Origin: Phycisphaerales bacterium
GTDB taxonomy: Bacteria > Planctomycetota > Phycisphaerae > Phycisphaerales > SM1A02
Direction of reading: 5' to 3'
DNA: 25,000 nt
Assembly: GCA_029248335.1 (NCBI GenBank)
Contig: JAQWJM010000050.1
Span: forward strand, 1-25,000
Shown here: in pieces, positions 1 to 8,852 of the stretch
How the letters are laid out: each line of letters starts with the position of its first letter
How positions within the stretch are numbered: position 1 is the first letter of the stretch
The notes under the pieces: generated by a model
What the model saw: the letters and a program-made list of their open reading frames with translations, nothing else
The model's database searches: none
Told to the model about the DNA's origin: nothing
Position numbers and translations under genes: made by a program

Positions 1-288
1 GTTCGCGGGTGGTGTCTGGAAGAGCGGACGAAGCTCGGTCGCCTGCATCTCGAACAGCTGATCCCGCATCAGTCGGGCGGCGATCAGATCGGCGGTCGTG
101 AGTCTTGCTCGGGCCGCATCGGGAACGAGCCAGAAACCGCCTTCCCGGTCTTCGTGGATCCGGACGTCCGGGGCCGTTCTGAGGATGACCCGGACTGGAT
201 CTCCAGTGACGACCTCCGCGGCCATCGCCGACGAAGTGGTCAGCGTGCCGAGGGCGAGAATGGCCGGCATCAGTTTCGATCTGCTCAT
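1..288 (-). CDS. Partial CDS (N-terminal 96 aa; continues past the window start); secreted hypothetical protein
   Basis: Minus-strand frame starting at ATG 288..286 reads MSRSKLMPAILALGTLTTSSAMAAEVV..., which looks like a signal peptide. It has no stop inside the window, so it is absent from the complete-ORF track. Third codon positions are GC-rich. The plus-strand ORFs 98..352 and 154..432 look like antisense artefacts. Confidence 0.35.
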   Translation of the reverse strand, partial: MSRSKLMPAILALGTLTTSSAMAAEVVTGDPVRVILRTAPDVRIHEDREGGFWLVPDAARARLTTADLIAARLMRDQLFEMQATELRPLFQTPPAN

Positions 289-608
289 GTCTGCGGCGTC
301 CGACGAGTCTGCATCACACGGCCTGAATCGTCCGGCCAGTGCGTGGGAATGAAGGGTAGCCCGCGATTCAAGCGGCGACGACCCAACATTCTCTTCTCCG
401 CCGGACGACCTCCGGATCGGTTGCATTCGTGAGTTCCGTACCGATTCTCCCATCGACATCTGGTTATCGGTCTTTATCTGAACAACGCCGATCCACGGCT
501 TGCCGGCCTCTCACGCACCGACCCGCACGTGCACGCCCGTTGCAATTCGGTCACACTTCGACCTCGCGTCGCAGGTCTAAAAGAAGTACCCTCCGACCTC
601 AGGAATAT

Positions 609-627
609 CCATTGATCCGATCAATGG
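609..627. promoter_or_regulatory. Perfect 9-bp inverted repeat CCATTGATC-c-GATCAATGG in the lower-GC leader upstream of metK; candidate operator or RNA hairpin
   Basis: Read directly from the sequence: ccattgatccgatcaatgg, followed by the related atcaattg and tatcgatcagg, 40 nt upstream of the metK ATG. The 430..666 region is noticeably lower in GC. Confidence 0.4.
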
Positions 628-666
628 ATCAATTGCTCGACACTACTTATCGATCAGGCTGAACCA

Positions 667-1881
667 ATGACCAACCGCCCGCACTTCTTCACCTCCGAAT
701 CCGTCTCGATGGGCCATCCCGACAAGCTCGCGGACCAGATCTCGGATGCCGTGCTCGACGCCATGATCGCCGTCGACCCGAACTGCCGAGTCGCCTGCGA
801 GACGATGGTCACGACCGGCATGGCGGTGGTCGCCGGCGAAGTCACCTGCGACGGCTACGTGGAGATCGCCGAGATCATCCGCAAGACCGCGGAAGAGATC
901 GGCTACGACGATGCGGCGAAGGGACTCGACGGACGCAGCTGTGCGGTCCTCGTCTCGCTCGACCAGCAGAGCCCCGACATCAACCAGGGCGTGGATCGAC
1001 ACAAGGCGGGTGGCGATCCGTCCGAGCAGGGCGCCGGTGACCAGGGGCTGATGTTCGGCTTCGCGTGTCGCGAGACCGACTCGCTGATGCCGCTTCCCAT
1101 CGACCTCTCCCACAAGCTGGTCGCCCGACAGGCCGAAGTCCGCCAGTCCGAGGCGATCCCCCATCTCCGTCCCGACGCGAAGAGCCAGGTCACCGTCGAA
1201 TACGACGAAGGCCGCCCGACCGCGGTCCGGACCGTCGTGCTCTCGACGCAGCACGGTCCGGAGTGGAACGGCGAGGCGAAGCAGGCGGAACTGAAGGCCG
1301 CCATCATCGAACACGTCATCAAGCCGGTGCTCGGCACCTGGTGGAACGACGACATCGTGGTGCACGTCAATCCGACCGGCAAGTTCGAACTCGGTGGGCC
1401 CCACGGCGACTGCGGCCTCACCGGACGGAAGATCATCGTCGACACCTACGGCGGCCGAGGCCGTCACGGCGGCGGCGCGTTCAGCGGCAAGGATCCCTCG
1501 AAGGTCGACCGCTCCGCGGCGTACATGGCGCGTTACATCGCGAAGAACATCGTGGCCGCCGAACTCGCCGACGAGTGCGAGGTCCAGCTGAGCTACGCGA
1601 TCGGCGTCGCTGAACCGACCTCCGTCCTCGTGGACACCAACGGCACCTCGACCATCGACGAAGCCGCCATCGAAGTGATCGTCCGCGAGCACTTCGATCT
1701 CACCCCGGCCGGCATCATCCGTGATCTCGACCTGCTCAAGCCGATCTACCGCGCCACGGCCGCCCACGGTCACTTCGGCCGCGAACCCGGCGAGGGCGGC
1801 GAAGGCACGTTCACCTGGGAGCGGACCGACAAGGCCGCGGCCCTGAAGTCGGCGGCCGCCGCCGCGACGGTGACCTCCTGA
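667..1881 (+). CDS. metK: S-adenosylmethionine synthetase
   Basis: [24 protein letters not shown], the [23 protein letters not shown] motif and the DTYGG loop are the MetK family hallmarks. The 404-aa length fits. Confidence 0.95.
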   Translation: MTNRPHFFTSESVSMGHPDKLADQISDAVLDAMIAVDPNCRVACETMVTTGMAVVAGEVTCDGYVEIAEIIRKTAEEIGYDDAAKGLDGRSCAVLVSLDQQSPDINQGVDRHKAGGDPSEQGAGDQGLMFGFACRETDSLMPLPIDLSHKLVARQAEVRQSEAIPHLRPDAKSQVTVEYDEGRPTAVRTVVLSTQHGPEWNGEAKQAELKAAIIEHVIKPVLGTWWNDDIVVHVNPTGKFELGGPHGDCGLTGRKIIVDTYGGRGRHGGGAFSGKDPSKVDRSAAYMARYIAKNIVAAELADECEVQLSYAIGVAEPTSVLVDTNGTSTIDEAAIEVIVREHFDLTPAGIIRDLDLLKPIYRATAAHGHFGREPGEGGEGTFTWERTDKAAALKSAAAAATVTS

Positions 1882-1885
1882 CCCC

Positions 1886-3406
1886 ATGAATCAACGACGC
1901 CCCTACGGAAACCGCCCCTCCGGTCAGAACGGTGGACGAGGACGTCACCGGGAACATTCTCGAGACGAGCGATCCGCATCGCCTCCCGTCCGGGTCGACG
2001 GCCCGCGGGAACGCGTTCACGAGCGACTCATCAAGCTCGTGCAGCGATTCCCGGAACTGCCGCTCGGCAGCGTGGACACCCGCGGCCTCGAACCTCGTGA
2101 CACGGCGTTCGCCCGGGCGCTCGAGTCCGCGGTGCTCGAACGCTGGATCACCCTCGAGACGATCGTCAGTTCGCAACTCGATCGCGGCTGGCCGACGCTT
2201 CAACCCGCGGTTCGCGCGGCCCTGCTGACCGGCGCCGCCGAGATCCTGCTGCTCGACGGCGTCCCGGATCACGCGGCGATCAACGAGGCGGTCGGCCGGG
2301 TCCGCCGCAACCTCCACCAGAAGGTGGCGGGACTCGTCAACGCCGTGCTTCGAAAGGTCGCGGCGCTCCGGCTCGAGACCCTCGCCGCGGATGATCCCGA
2401 AACCACCGAACTCCGGACCGCGAGGAACGGACTTCCCCTCGGCGATGGCCGGGTGATCCGACTGGCGGAACCCGTGTTCGCCGAGGAGGAGGTCAGTCGA
2501 CTCGGAGAGCAGACGAGCCATGGCGACGATCTGGTGATCCACTGGATCGCGGCCCACGGCTTCGCCATGACCCGCGAGTTCTGTCTCCATGATCTGGTTC
2601 GACCACCGATCTGCGTGACCGCGGACGACCCCGAGACGCTGCGATCGGACGCCGGTCCGGACGGCCCCCTCGTCGCACACGACCGCCCCGGATTCTTCGT
2701 GCTCGACCCCGGCAAGGTGAATGTCCGCGAGTTCCTCGCCGGACATCCCGGAAGTCGGATCCAGGATCCCGCGAGCGCGGAGCCGGTCGCCGGCGCCGCC
2801 GGGCTCGAACCGACCGTGATCCTCGACTACTGCGCGGGGCGTGGCACCAAGACGAAGCAACTCGCCGGCGCCTTCCCGGAGGCGAGAATCCTGGCCACCG
2901 AGGTCGATCCCCTTCGCTTCACCGATCTCGAGCGGGCCTTCGAAGGCCACCCGACCGTGGAAGTGGTCCGCCCCGAAGGACTGAAGGACGTGATCGGACG
3001 CGTGGATCTGCTCGCCCTCGACGTCCCCTGCACGAACACCGGCGTCCTTCCTCGGCGCCCCGAGGCGAAGTACCGCTTCAGCCGGGAGTCCCTCGCCTCG
3101 ATCGCGACCCTGCAGCGGAAGATCGTCCGGGAGACCAAGCCGTTCCTCGCTCCGGGCGGCGCGATCCTGTTCTCGACCTGCAGCCTCGAACCGACCGAGA
3201 ACCGCCGCATGGTCGCGTGGATGGAGCGACGATTCGGCCTCGAGTCGAAGCACGCCGCCCAGCGATTCCCCGCCGGCCGGCCCGGTGACCCCCTCACCGC
3301 GATCCACGACGGCAGTTTCCATGCGGTCCTCGTGGACACCGAACGCCCGGAAAGCACCGACGCGGACGACATGACCGATGCCGAGCTGATGCCCGACGCG
3401 ACCTGA
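1886..3406 (+). CDS. rsmB: 16S rRNA (cytosine-C5) methyltransferase, RsmB/Sun family, with an N-terminal NusB-like domain; the N-terminal ~40 aa is Arg-rich
   Basis: It carries LDYCAGRGTKTKQLA (SAM-binding motif I), DVPCTNTGVLPRRPEAKYR (the catalytic PC motif) and GGAILFSTCSLEPTEN (the TCS catalytic Cys motif). The ATG lies 4 nt after the metK stop with no obvious SD, so the exact start is uncertain. Confidence 0.85.
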   Translation: MNQRRPYGNRPSGQNGGRGRHREHSRDERSASPPVRVDGPRERVHERLIKLVQRFPELPLGSVDTRGLEPRDTAFARALESAVLERWITLETIVSSQLDRGWPTLQPAVRAALLTGAAEILLLDGVPDHAAINEAVGRVRRNLHQKVAGLVNAVLRKVAALRLETLAADDPETTELRTARNGLPLGDGRVIRLAEPVFAEEEVSRLGEQTSHGDDLVIHWIAAHGFAMTREFCLHDLVRPPICVTADDPETLRSDAGPDGPLVAHDRPGFFVLDPGKVNVREFLAGHPGSRIQDPASAEPVAGAAGLEPTVILDYCAGRGTKTKQLAGAFPEARILATEVDPLRFTDLERAFEGHPTVEVVRPEGLKDVIGRVDLLALDVPCTNTGVLPRRPEAKYRFSRESLASIATLQRKIVRETKPFLAPGGAILFSTCSLEPTENRRMVAWMERRFGLESKHAAQRFPAGRPGDPLTAIHDGSFHAVLVDTERPESTDADDMTDAELMPDAT

Positions 3407-3526
3407 TCCTGAATCAGGCGTCCGTTTTCAGGACAAACGCGAAATCCGTACGGGAGGATGGTACGATCGTCGGATTCCCCCGCGTGGCGTCCGCCGCGCG
3501 AGCATCGACCCGGTGGAGTCCTGAAC

Positions 3527-4000
3527 GTGGCCTTCGAACTCTCCTCGATCCTGAAGCCCCAGCTCATCAAGGTCCCGCTCGACGGGGACTCCAAGCGGTC
3601 GGCGATCGACGAACTGTGCGACCTCGTCTGCACGTCTTCGTCGGTGACCGATCCGGAGAACTTCCGCAAGGCGGTCTGGGAACGCGAAGGCCAGCGATCG
3701 ACCGGCATCGGGGAAGGGCTCGCGATCCCTCACGGGAAGTGCCCGGGCGTCCGCGAGATCACGATGAGCATCGGCATCCCCGAGACGCCGCTGGAGTTCG
3801 AAGCGATCGACGGCGAGCCCGTTCGAATGATCGTGCTCCTCGCAAGCCCCGCGGATCGCATCGCCGATCACATCCAGGCCCTGGGCCGGATCAGCAAGTT
3901 CATGTCGGATCCCACCGTGCGAAGCCGCGCGTACTCGGCCGACTGCGGCGAGGACCTCTATCAGCTGCTCACCGGCCTCGACGCCGCCGCCCGCACCTGA
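3527..4000 (+). CDS. ptsN: PTS EIIA type-2 domain protein, nitrogen-regulatory PtsN (EIIA-Ntr)-like
   Basis: GIGEGLAIPHGK holds the phosphorylatable His of the EIIA(Fru/Mtl/Ntr) fold. A GTG at 3527 sits 8 nt after GGAG and gives 158 aa, the typical PtsN size. The longest ORF starts at ATG 3458, but GGGAGG abuts that ATG with zero spacing. Confidence 0.75.
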   Translation: MAFELSSILKPQLIKVPLDGDSKRSAIDELCDLVCTSSSVTDPENFRKAVWEREGQRSTGIGEGLAIPHGKCPGVREITMSIGIPETPLEFEAIDGEPVRMIVLLASPADRIADHIQALGRISKFMSDPTVRSRAYSADCGEDLYQLLTGLDAAART

Positions 4001-4053
4001 AACGGGCGAACCCGCGACGTACCGTTCGAACCACCGTCCTCTTCCGAGCGCCG

Positions 4054-6117
4054 TCAGGCCCCCGGCGGGCGCGATGGCCCTTCGACCGGCGTCGGAAGCG
4101 CCGGACGGGGGCCGGCCTCCTCGCCACCGGCCGCCTCCCACAGACGAAGTGATTCGGCCAGCGCCGCCTCGGCGGCCGGCATCGAGCGACGCTCGAACAG
4201 CAACAGGGCGAACTGGTGACGCAGCTGCCAGTCCGTCGGCACCAGCTCGACGGCCGCCCGCATGGCGACCTCCGCGCTCTCCAGGTCGCCCGACTTCGCC
4301 CGCGCCAGCGCGAGCGCGCGAAGCGCGTTGGGGTTCTCCGGTTCGATCAGCAGGGTGCGTTCGGTGATCTCCGCGCTCTCCCGCCACTCCTCGGGACCAC
4401 CGTGATCCACCAGAAGGACCGCGAGTCGACGGAGCGGAAGAAGCTCGTCGGGCATCGCCTCGACGCCCGCCCGGGCCTCTTCGATCGCCGATTCCGTCGA
4501 CAACTGCTCGTACCGCCACATCACGCGTTCATCGCGGAGTCGCATCCAGCTCGGATGCTCGTCGAGCACCTCGCCGTACCACCCGTCGACGACCCGGGGA
4601 TCCTGGACGCGAAGCAGTCGGCTTCGTCCCATCGCGAGATCCTCGGTCATGCCGAGTCGGTCGACGGTGTCGTCGATTTCCGCCGCCGCGTCGTCGAAGC
4701 GTCCCATCGCCGAGAGCAGCCACGCCTTTCGAACCGAGATCATCTCGCGATACGCGGGGATCGGCGACCAGCCGCCGTCGCCGACGAAGGCGGCGCGGTC
4801 GTACCACTCGAGGCTCGCCTCGGCATCGCTCATCATGTCGGACTCGGGCACCACGTAGCCCTCCGAGAAGACGATCGAGGGCGGGATGATGACGCGGTCG
4901 TCGTAGCGGAAGGCCATGGCGGCGGCGATGTTGGCGGTACCCAGCCAGCCGGAGAAGACCAGAAGCAGACCCGCGAACAGCAGCAGGCCCCCGCCCGCCG
5001 GCCGCAGTCGACCGTCCCGCTTGAGCGGCGTGCGATGCAGCGATGCATTCCGATCACGAAGCACTCGCCAGGCCTTCCAGACGATCCAGGTCCCGCAGGC
5101 CGCGGTGCCGCTCGCGAAGAGCAGCGGCAGCGAGTACGCCCCGCGGATCGAGAGCAGAAGTCCCAGCGCGATGCAGGCGAACACGATCTCCTCGGGCCAG
5201 GTCATGTCGAATCGAGCGGTCGCGGGCTTCGCGGCACGCTCCTCGGCATCGACCGAGATCGCCGGACGACCCATCCCGACCGACAACGCGTCGTTCGGAC
5301 AGACGCTGACGCAGTCGAGACACTTCATGCATCCCGGGTCCACCACCATGCCGAACTGCTCGACCTCCTCGTGCACCCGGACGTTGCTGGTGCAGACGGC
5401 GGTGCAGTGACCGCAATGCTCGCAGTCGTCGTTGACGCGGATCCGCATCGGCGCAACCTGTTCCGCGGGCGCGAAGAAACCGCCGTACGGACAGGCGTAG
5501 GTGCAGTACCCCTTCATTCCGAGCAGATAGACGGTGAGAAAGCCGCAGACCAGCAGGAAGGGAATCCCCATCAGCAGACCCGGGAACGTCGCCCAGTAGT
5601 CCTGGGTGACCACCTGCCAGGACCAACCCGGCCACGGCGCGACGCCGCCGACCCAGGGGGCGATCAGGAATCGGTACGCCACCGGCCAGACGAAGAGATA
5701 CAGGGCGAGTCCCAGCGGCATCCAGAGCAGGAGTCGGGATCGGAACGGCTTCGGCCGGAGCCCGATGCGGGCGAGCAGTCGGCCGCAGAAATCCTGCAGC
5801 AGAATGACGTGACAACCCCAGCCGCAGAAGAAACGCCCGAAGATCATCGTCGACCCGATCGCCAGCACGAAGAAGACGAAGCCGACGGTGATCACGCCGT
5901 CCCGGACCGTCTGGATCGATTCGCTCGGCTCGATCGGTGCGAGGGTGGTTCCGACCACGAGCCACTGGACGACGTGGACGATCATCAACGCCTGGATCAC
6001 CAGCAGGACGAGGAACCGACGCCCTTCCATCCGACTCTTGCGAGGCCGGCCGTCACCAGCACCTCCTGAAACGTCGGGAGCCATCACCGTCAGGGACACG
6101 TCGCCGTTCTTTGCCAT
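4054..6117 (-). CDS. Polyferredoxin-type membrane protein (FixG/CcoG/NapH/RdxA-like, two [4Fe-4S] motifs) fused to a C-terminal TPR-like helical domain
   Basis: Motifs FFCGWGCH and CTYACPYGG are present, plus two CX2CX2CX3C(P) clusters (CEHCGHCTAVC and CMKCLDCVSVCP). There are multiple hydrophobic TM segments. The C-terminal ~270 aa have TPR-like periodicity (NPNALRALALARAKSGDLESAEVAMRAAVELVP). The start could be the internal Met12 or Met30. Confidence 0.75.
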   Translation of the reverse strand: MAKNGDVSLTVMAPDVSGGAGDGRPRKSRMEGRRFLVLLVIQALMIVHVVQWLVVGTTLAPIEPSESIQTVRDGVITVGFVFFVLAIGSTMIFGRFFCGWGCHVILLQDFCGRLLARIGLRPKPFRSRLLLWMPLGLALYLFVWPVAYRFLIAPWVGGVAPWPGWSWQVVTQDYWATFPGLLMGIPFLLVCGFLTVYLLGMKGYCTYACPYGGFFAPAEQVAPMRIRVNDDCEHCGHCTAVCTSNVRVHEEVEQFGMVVDPGCMKCLDCVSVCPNDALSVGMGRPAISVDAEERAAKPATARFDMTWPEEIVFACIALGLLLSIRGAYSLPLLFASGTAACGTWIVWKAWRVLRDRNASLHRTPLKRDGRLRPAGGGLLLFAGLLLVFSGWLGTANIAAAMAFRYDDRVIIPPSIVFSEGYVVPESDMMSDAEASLEWYDRAAFVGDGGWSPIPAYREMISVRKAWLLSAMGRFDDAAAEIDDTVDRLGMTEDLAMGRSRLLRVQDPRVVDGWYGEVLDEHPSWMRLRDERVMWRYEQLSTESAIEEARAGVEAMPDELLPLRRLAVLLVDHGGPEEWRESAEITERTLLIEPENPNALRALALARAKSGDLESAEVAMRAAVELVPTDWQLRHQFALLLFERRSMPAAEAALAESLRLWEAAGGEEAGPRPALPTPVEGPSRPPGA

Positions 6118-6199
6118 GCCCGGATGCTACCCCGACCGCACCGGCGGGGTCCCCGGGAGGGTCCATCGAGAATCGGCGAGCGACCCGTCCCCGGTCATC

Positions 6200-6205
6200 T
6201 ATAAT
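6200..6205 (+). promoter_or_regulatory. Candidate -10 box TATAAT 12 nt upstream of the cbpA-like ATG (near-leaderless transcript?)
   Basis: An exact TATAAT hexamer was read in the sequence. The flanks carry a direct repeat AATCGGCGA(g/c)CG at 6171..6185 and 6203..6216. No good -35 was seen. Confidence 0.3.
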
Positions 6206-6216
6206 CGGCGACCGCC

Positions 6217-7194
6217 ATGTCCGACCAACGCGACCATTACGACGTCCTCGGTGTGAAGCGAGGCGCGAGCCCGGAAGAGATCCGGAACGCGCACCGGTCA
6301 CTCGCGCGGAAATACCACCCGGACATGAACAAGTCCGACGACGCCGCGGAGCGTTTCAACGAGGTCCAGCTCGCCTACGACGTGCTGTCCGACACCGAGA
6401 AACGGGCTCAGTACGACCGATTCGGCCATGCTGGCCCCAACACGCCCCCATCCGGCGCGGGTGGTGGCGGCAACTGGCAGGATCTCTCCCCCGACGACTT
6501 CGAGTCGATCTTCGGCGACTCGTTCGGGCGACGCGGACGCTCGGCCGGCGGTGGTGGTTCCGGATTCGGTGGTTTCGGCGGGTTCGGCGGCTTCGGTGGT
6601 GGCGAACCACGAGGCGGGCCGACCAAGGGCCGTGACATCGAACACGAGCTCGAAGTCGGGTTCGCGGCCTCGGTGTTCGGCGGCATGGAGACCATTCGAA
6701 TGGGGAGCCCCGACGGCGAACCGGTCTCCATCGACGTCCGCATCCCACCCGGGGTCCAGTCCGGAAGCACGCTGCGGGTTCGTGGCAAGGGGCTCGCCGG
6801 ATCCCACGGGGGCCCGCAGGGCGACCTGCTCCTGCAGGTCAAGGTCGGCCGACATCCCTGGTTCACCCGGGACGGACTCGATCTCAGCGTCATGGTGCCG
6901 GTCACGATCGTGGAAGCCGCCCTCGGCGGCGAGGTCACGGTGCCGTTGATGAAGGGCACCGCGACGCTCCGGATCCCCCCCGGCGTGCGAAGCGGCGCGA
7001 AGCTCCGCCTCAAGGGCAAGGGCATCGTCGACGCGAAGGAGAAGGCCGGCGATCTCTACGCGGTGCTGGAGATCGTCGCGCCCAAGGCCGACGACCTCGC
7101 CGAAGACGACCGCGAGACGCTCGCCTCGATCGGTGAACGGCTTCCGAATCCACGATCCCTCGTCGCCTGGGCGGGCGAGATCCCGAACGACTGA
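6217..7194 (+). CDS. cbpA: J-domain co-chaperone, CbpA type (J domain + Gly/Phe-rich linker + two C-terminal substrate domains, no zinc-finger CxxCxGxG repeats)
   Basis: YDVLGV...KYHPD is the J-domain HPD motif. It has a [15 protein letters not shown] region. The C-terminal region resembles DnaJ CTD I/II ([30 protein letters not shown]). Cys-rich zinc-finger repeats are absent. Confidence 0.85.
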   Translation: MSDQRDHYDVLGVKRGASPEEIRNAHRSLARKYHPDMNKSDDAAERFNEVQLAYDVLSDTEKRAQYDRFGHAGPNTPPSGAGGGGNWQDLSPDDFESIFGDSFGRRGRSAGGGGSGFGGFGGFGGFGGGEPRGGPTKGRDIEHELEVGFAASVFGGMETIRMGSPDGEPVSIDVRIPPGVQSGSTLRVRGKGLAGSHGGPQGDLLLQVKVGRHPWFTRDGLDLSVMVPVTIVEAALGGEVTVPLMKGTATLRIPPGVRSGAKLRLKGKGIVDAKEKAGDLYAVLEIVAPKADDLAEDDRETLASIGERLPNPRSLVAWAGEIPND

Positions 7195-7289
7195 GTCACC
7201 GCCCCCGCGCGATCGCGGAATCACCTTCGTACCCCGCTGCAATCGATCTCATCGACCTCCGCTCACGCCCGCTCGCAAGGAATCGACCG

Positions 7290-8255
7290 ATGCCAGACAT
7301 CATTCCCGATCCCGGACCGGGAGCTCGCCGCCGTACGGCGAACAACACCGGTCGCCGAGGCGTCAACGACCTCAGCGGAAGCGTGGTCGACCGAGGCACG
7401 ACCCGTGCCGACGATCCGGCCCGTGACGGGGTTCGACTCGCGGTCATCGCGTTCACCACCTTCGCCGCGGGACTCGGCATGCTGGTGCTCGGCTGGATGG
7501 CCGAACGCGCCGGGATCGAGGCATGGCTCGGGATGGGTGAATTCGAGCGACCGATCGGCGGCACGGTGGTGACCGGCGCCCGCATGCCGGGCACCATGAT
7601 CCAGTCGCTCTACGAGGCCGGGGTCGTCGAACCGCTCTTCTTCGCGGCGGCGATGGCCCTCCTCATCCCACCCATCGCGGGCATCGTCGCGGCCCGCCCC
7701 CTGCGTCCGGGAGTCGCCGCGCCGGCCGCGGCCGCCCGGATCGCCGCGGGCATCGCCGCCGGCCTCGTGGTGGCCGCCGATGTCGCGATCGTCGCGGTGA
7801 CCATGTCGACCGTCCGTCCGACCGTCGACGACGTGGTGATCGGCGAGGACGCATGGCTCGACGCGATCCGCAACGTCGCCGCCGCCGACACCGTCGCCGC
7901 GATCCTCGCGATCCTGCTCGCGGTGCTCGTGTTTCGAATGCCGCTCGATCGCTGGGCCCGTGGACTCGTCGGTGCGATCGCGATCACCGCCGCGGTCCTC
8001 GCGACCGGCACCGCCGCCGGAAGCGCCGGCACCCTCGACTTCCTGCAGTCCGAACGGCCCGTGGTGGTGCCCCGCGGCTGGACGGGTGGAACCTCGCTCG
8101 ATCTGGGCCGGACGCCGGGGGGCGGCATGGCGACGATCGACCGGAGTCTCGACGCGAAGCCTGTCCTCTCGCGGCGCATCTCCCCCGTCGAACGGATCAC
8201 CGTTCCGGGCACGATGTCGATCGCGGAGCTCGTCGCCGCCCCGATTCCCGATTGA
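7290..8255 (+). CDS. Hypothetical Ala-rich polytopic membrane protein
   Basis: It has an AAGGAA SD 8 nt upstream and strongly GC-biased third positions. Several hydrophobic helices are present (LAVIAFTTFAAGLGMLVLGW, LFFAAAMALLIPPIAGIVAA, VAAILAILLAVLVF). No known motif was recognised. Confidence 0.55.
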   Translation: MPDIIPDPGPGARRRTANNTGRRGVNDLSGSVVDRGTTRADDPARDGVRLAVIAFTTFAAGLGMLVLGWMAERAGIEAWLGMGEFERPIGGTVVTGARMPGTMIQSLYEAGVVEPLFFAAAMALLIPPIAGIVAARPLRPGVAAPAAAARIAAGIAAGLVVAADVAIVAVTMSTVRPTVDDVVIGEDAWLDAIRNVAAADTVAAILAILLAVLVFRMPLDRWARGLVGAIAITAAVLATGTAAGSAGTLDFLQSERPVVVPRGWTGGTSLDLGRTPGGGMATIDRSLDAKPVLSRRISPVERITVPGTMSIAELVAAPIPD

Positions 8256-8852
8256 TCAGACGCCGCCGGCTCCGCGGCCGTATCGATCGATCGCCTGCGT
8301 GACGGCCTGATGGACCGCGAACGGATCGTCGACCGCCTCCCAGAGGGCGTCGAGGGTCCCCGTGCCCGCGGTGGCGAACGCGATGGTTCCGAGACCGAAC
8401 AGACGCTCGCGCACCAGTCGGAGCACCGACGTCTGCTGGATCCGGTCGAGTCGCGCCTCGAAGACGTCGACCTGGAAGATTCCGCGACGACGGATCACGC
8501 GACGATCGGTGAGCACGTACAGACGATTCATCCAGTCGAGGAACTGCCAGACCAGCCGGATGCCCGCGAGCAGCAGGCCGAGTCCGAAGGCCTGTGACTC
8601 CGTCCATCCGGTCCACTCGAACCGGGCCCCCCACGCCAGCGCGAAGACCATGCCGGCGATGACCCCGAGGGCGCCGATGGACCAGAGTCCGACCATCCAG
8701 AGGCTGGGGCGGACGACCATGAGCACCGTCTCGCCGTCCGAGAGCAGCGACGCGACCGGCGCGGGCGGCGCCTCGATCGAGATCGACGCCTCCGCCTCGC
8801 CCCCGAACGGGATCCGGGCCGGTCGATCCGACGTCGGTCGGTCGACGCTCAC
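8256..8852 (-). CDS. Membrane protein with a bacterial PH (bPH_2/YdbT-like, DUF304) domain
   Basis: Two TM helices are followed by YVLTDRRVIRRRGIFQVDVFEARLDRIQ, typical of bPH_2 domains. The start codon (GTG) overlaps the hpt stop in a GTGA arrangement. Confidence 0.6.
   Translation of the reverse strand: MSVDRPTSDRPARIPFGGEAEASISIEAPPAPVASLLSDGETVLMVVRPSLWMVGLWSIGALGVIAGMVFALAWGARFEWTGWTESQAFGLGLLLAGIRLVWQFLDWMNRLYVLTDRRVIRRRGIFQVDVFEARLDRIQQTSVLRLVRERLFGLGTIAFATAGTGTLDALWEAVDDPFAVHQAVTQAIDRYGRGAGGV

Noticed and set aside
430-666. SAM-I/SAM-II riboswitch upstream of metK
   Set aside because: I could not find the conserved SAM-I (kink-turn/T-box-like) or SAM-II pseudoknot consensus by eye. 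I keep it only as a structured-leader hypothesis that needs a covariance-model scan.
643-1887. 414-aa ORF on the minus strand fully overlapping metK
   Set aside because: It is antisense to an unmistakable metK. The translation is low-complexity and G/R/A/V/D-rich, typical of shadow ORFs in high-GC DNA.
1811-3322. 503-aa minus-strand ORF overlapping rsmB
   Set aside because: The plus strand carries RsmB catalytic motifs. The minus-strand product is Arg/Gly/Glu low-complexity with no motif.
3407-3440. CCTGAaTCAGG palindrome followed by GTTTT after rsmB as a terminator
   Set aside because: The stem is only 4-5 bp and the loop too small, so it is not a convincing intrinsic terminator.
4216-6069. 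617-aa plus-strand ORF opposite the polyferredoxin gene
   Set aside because: The minus-strand frame has two canonical 4Fe-4S motifs and TM helices. This plus-strand product is R/D/G/H-rich with no motif.
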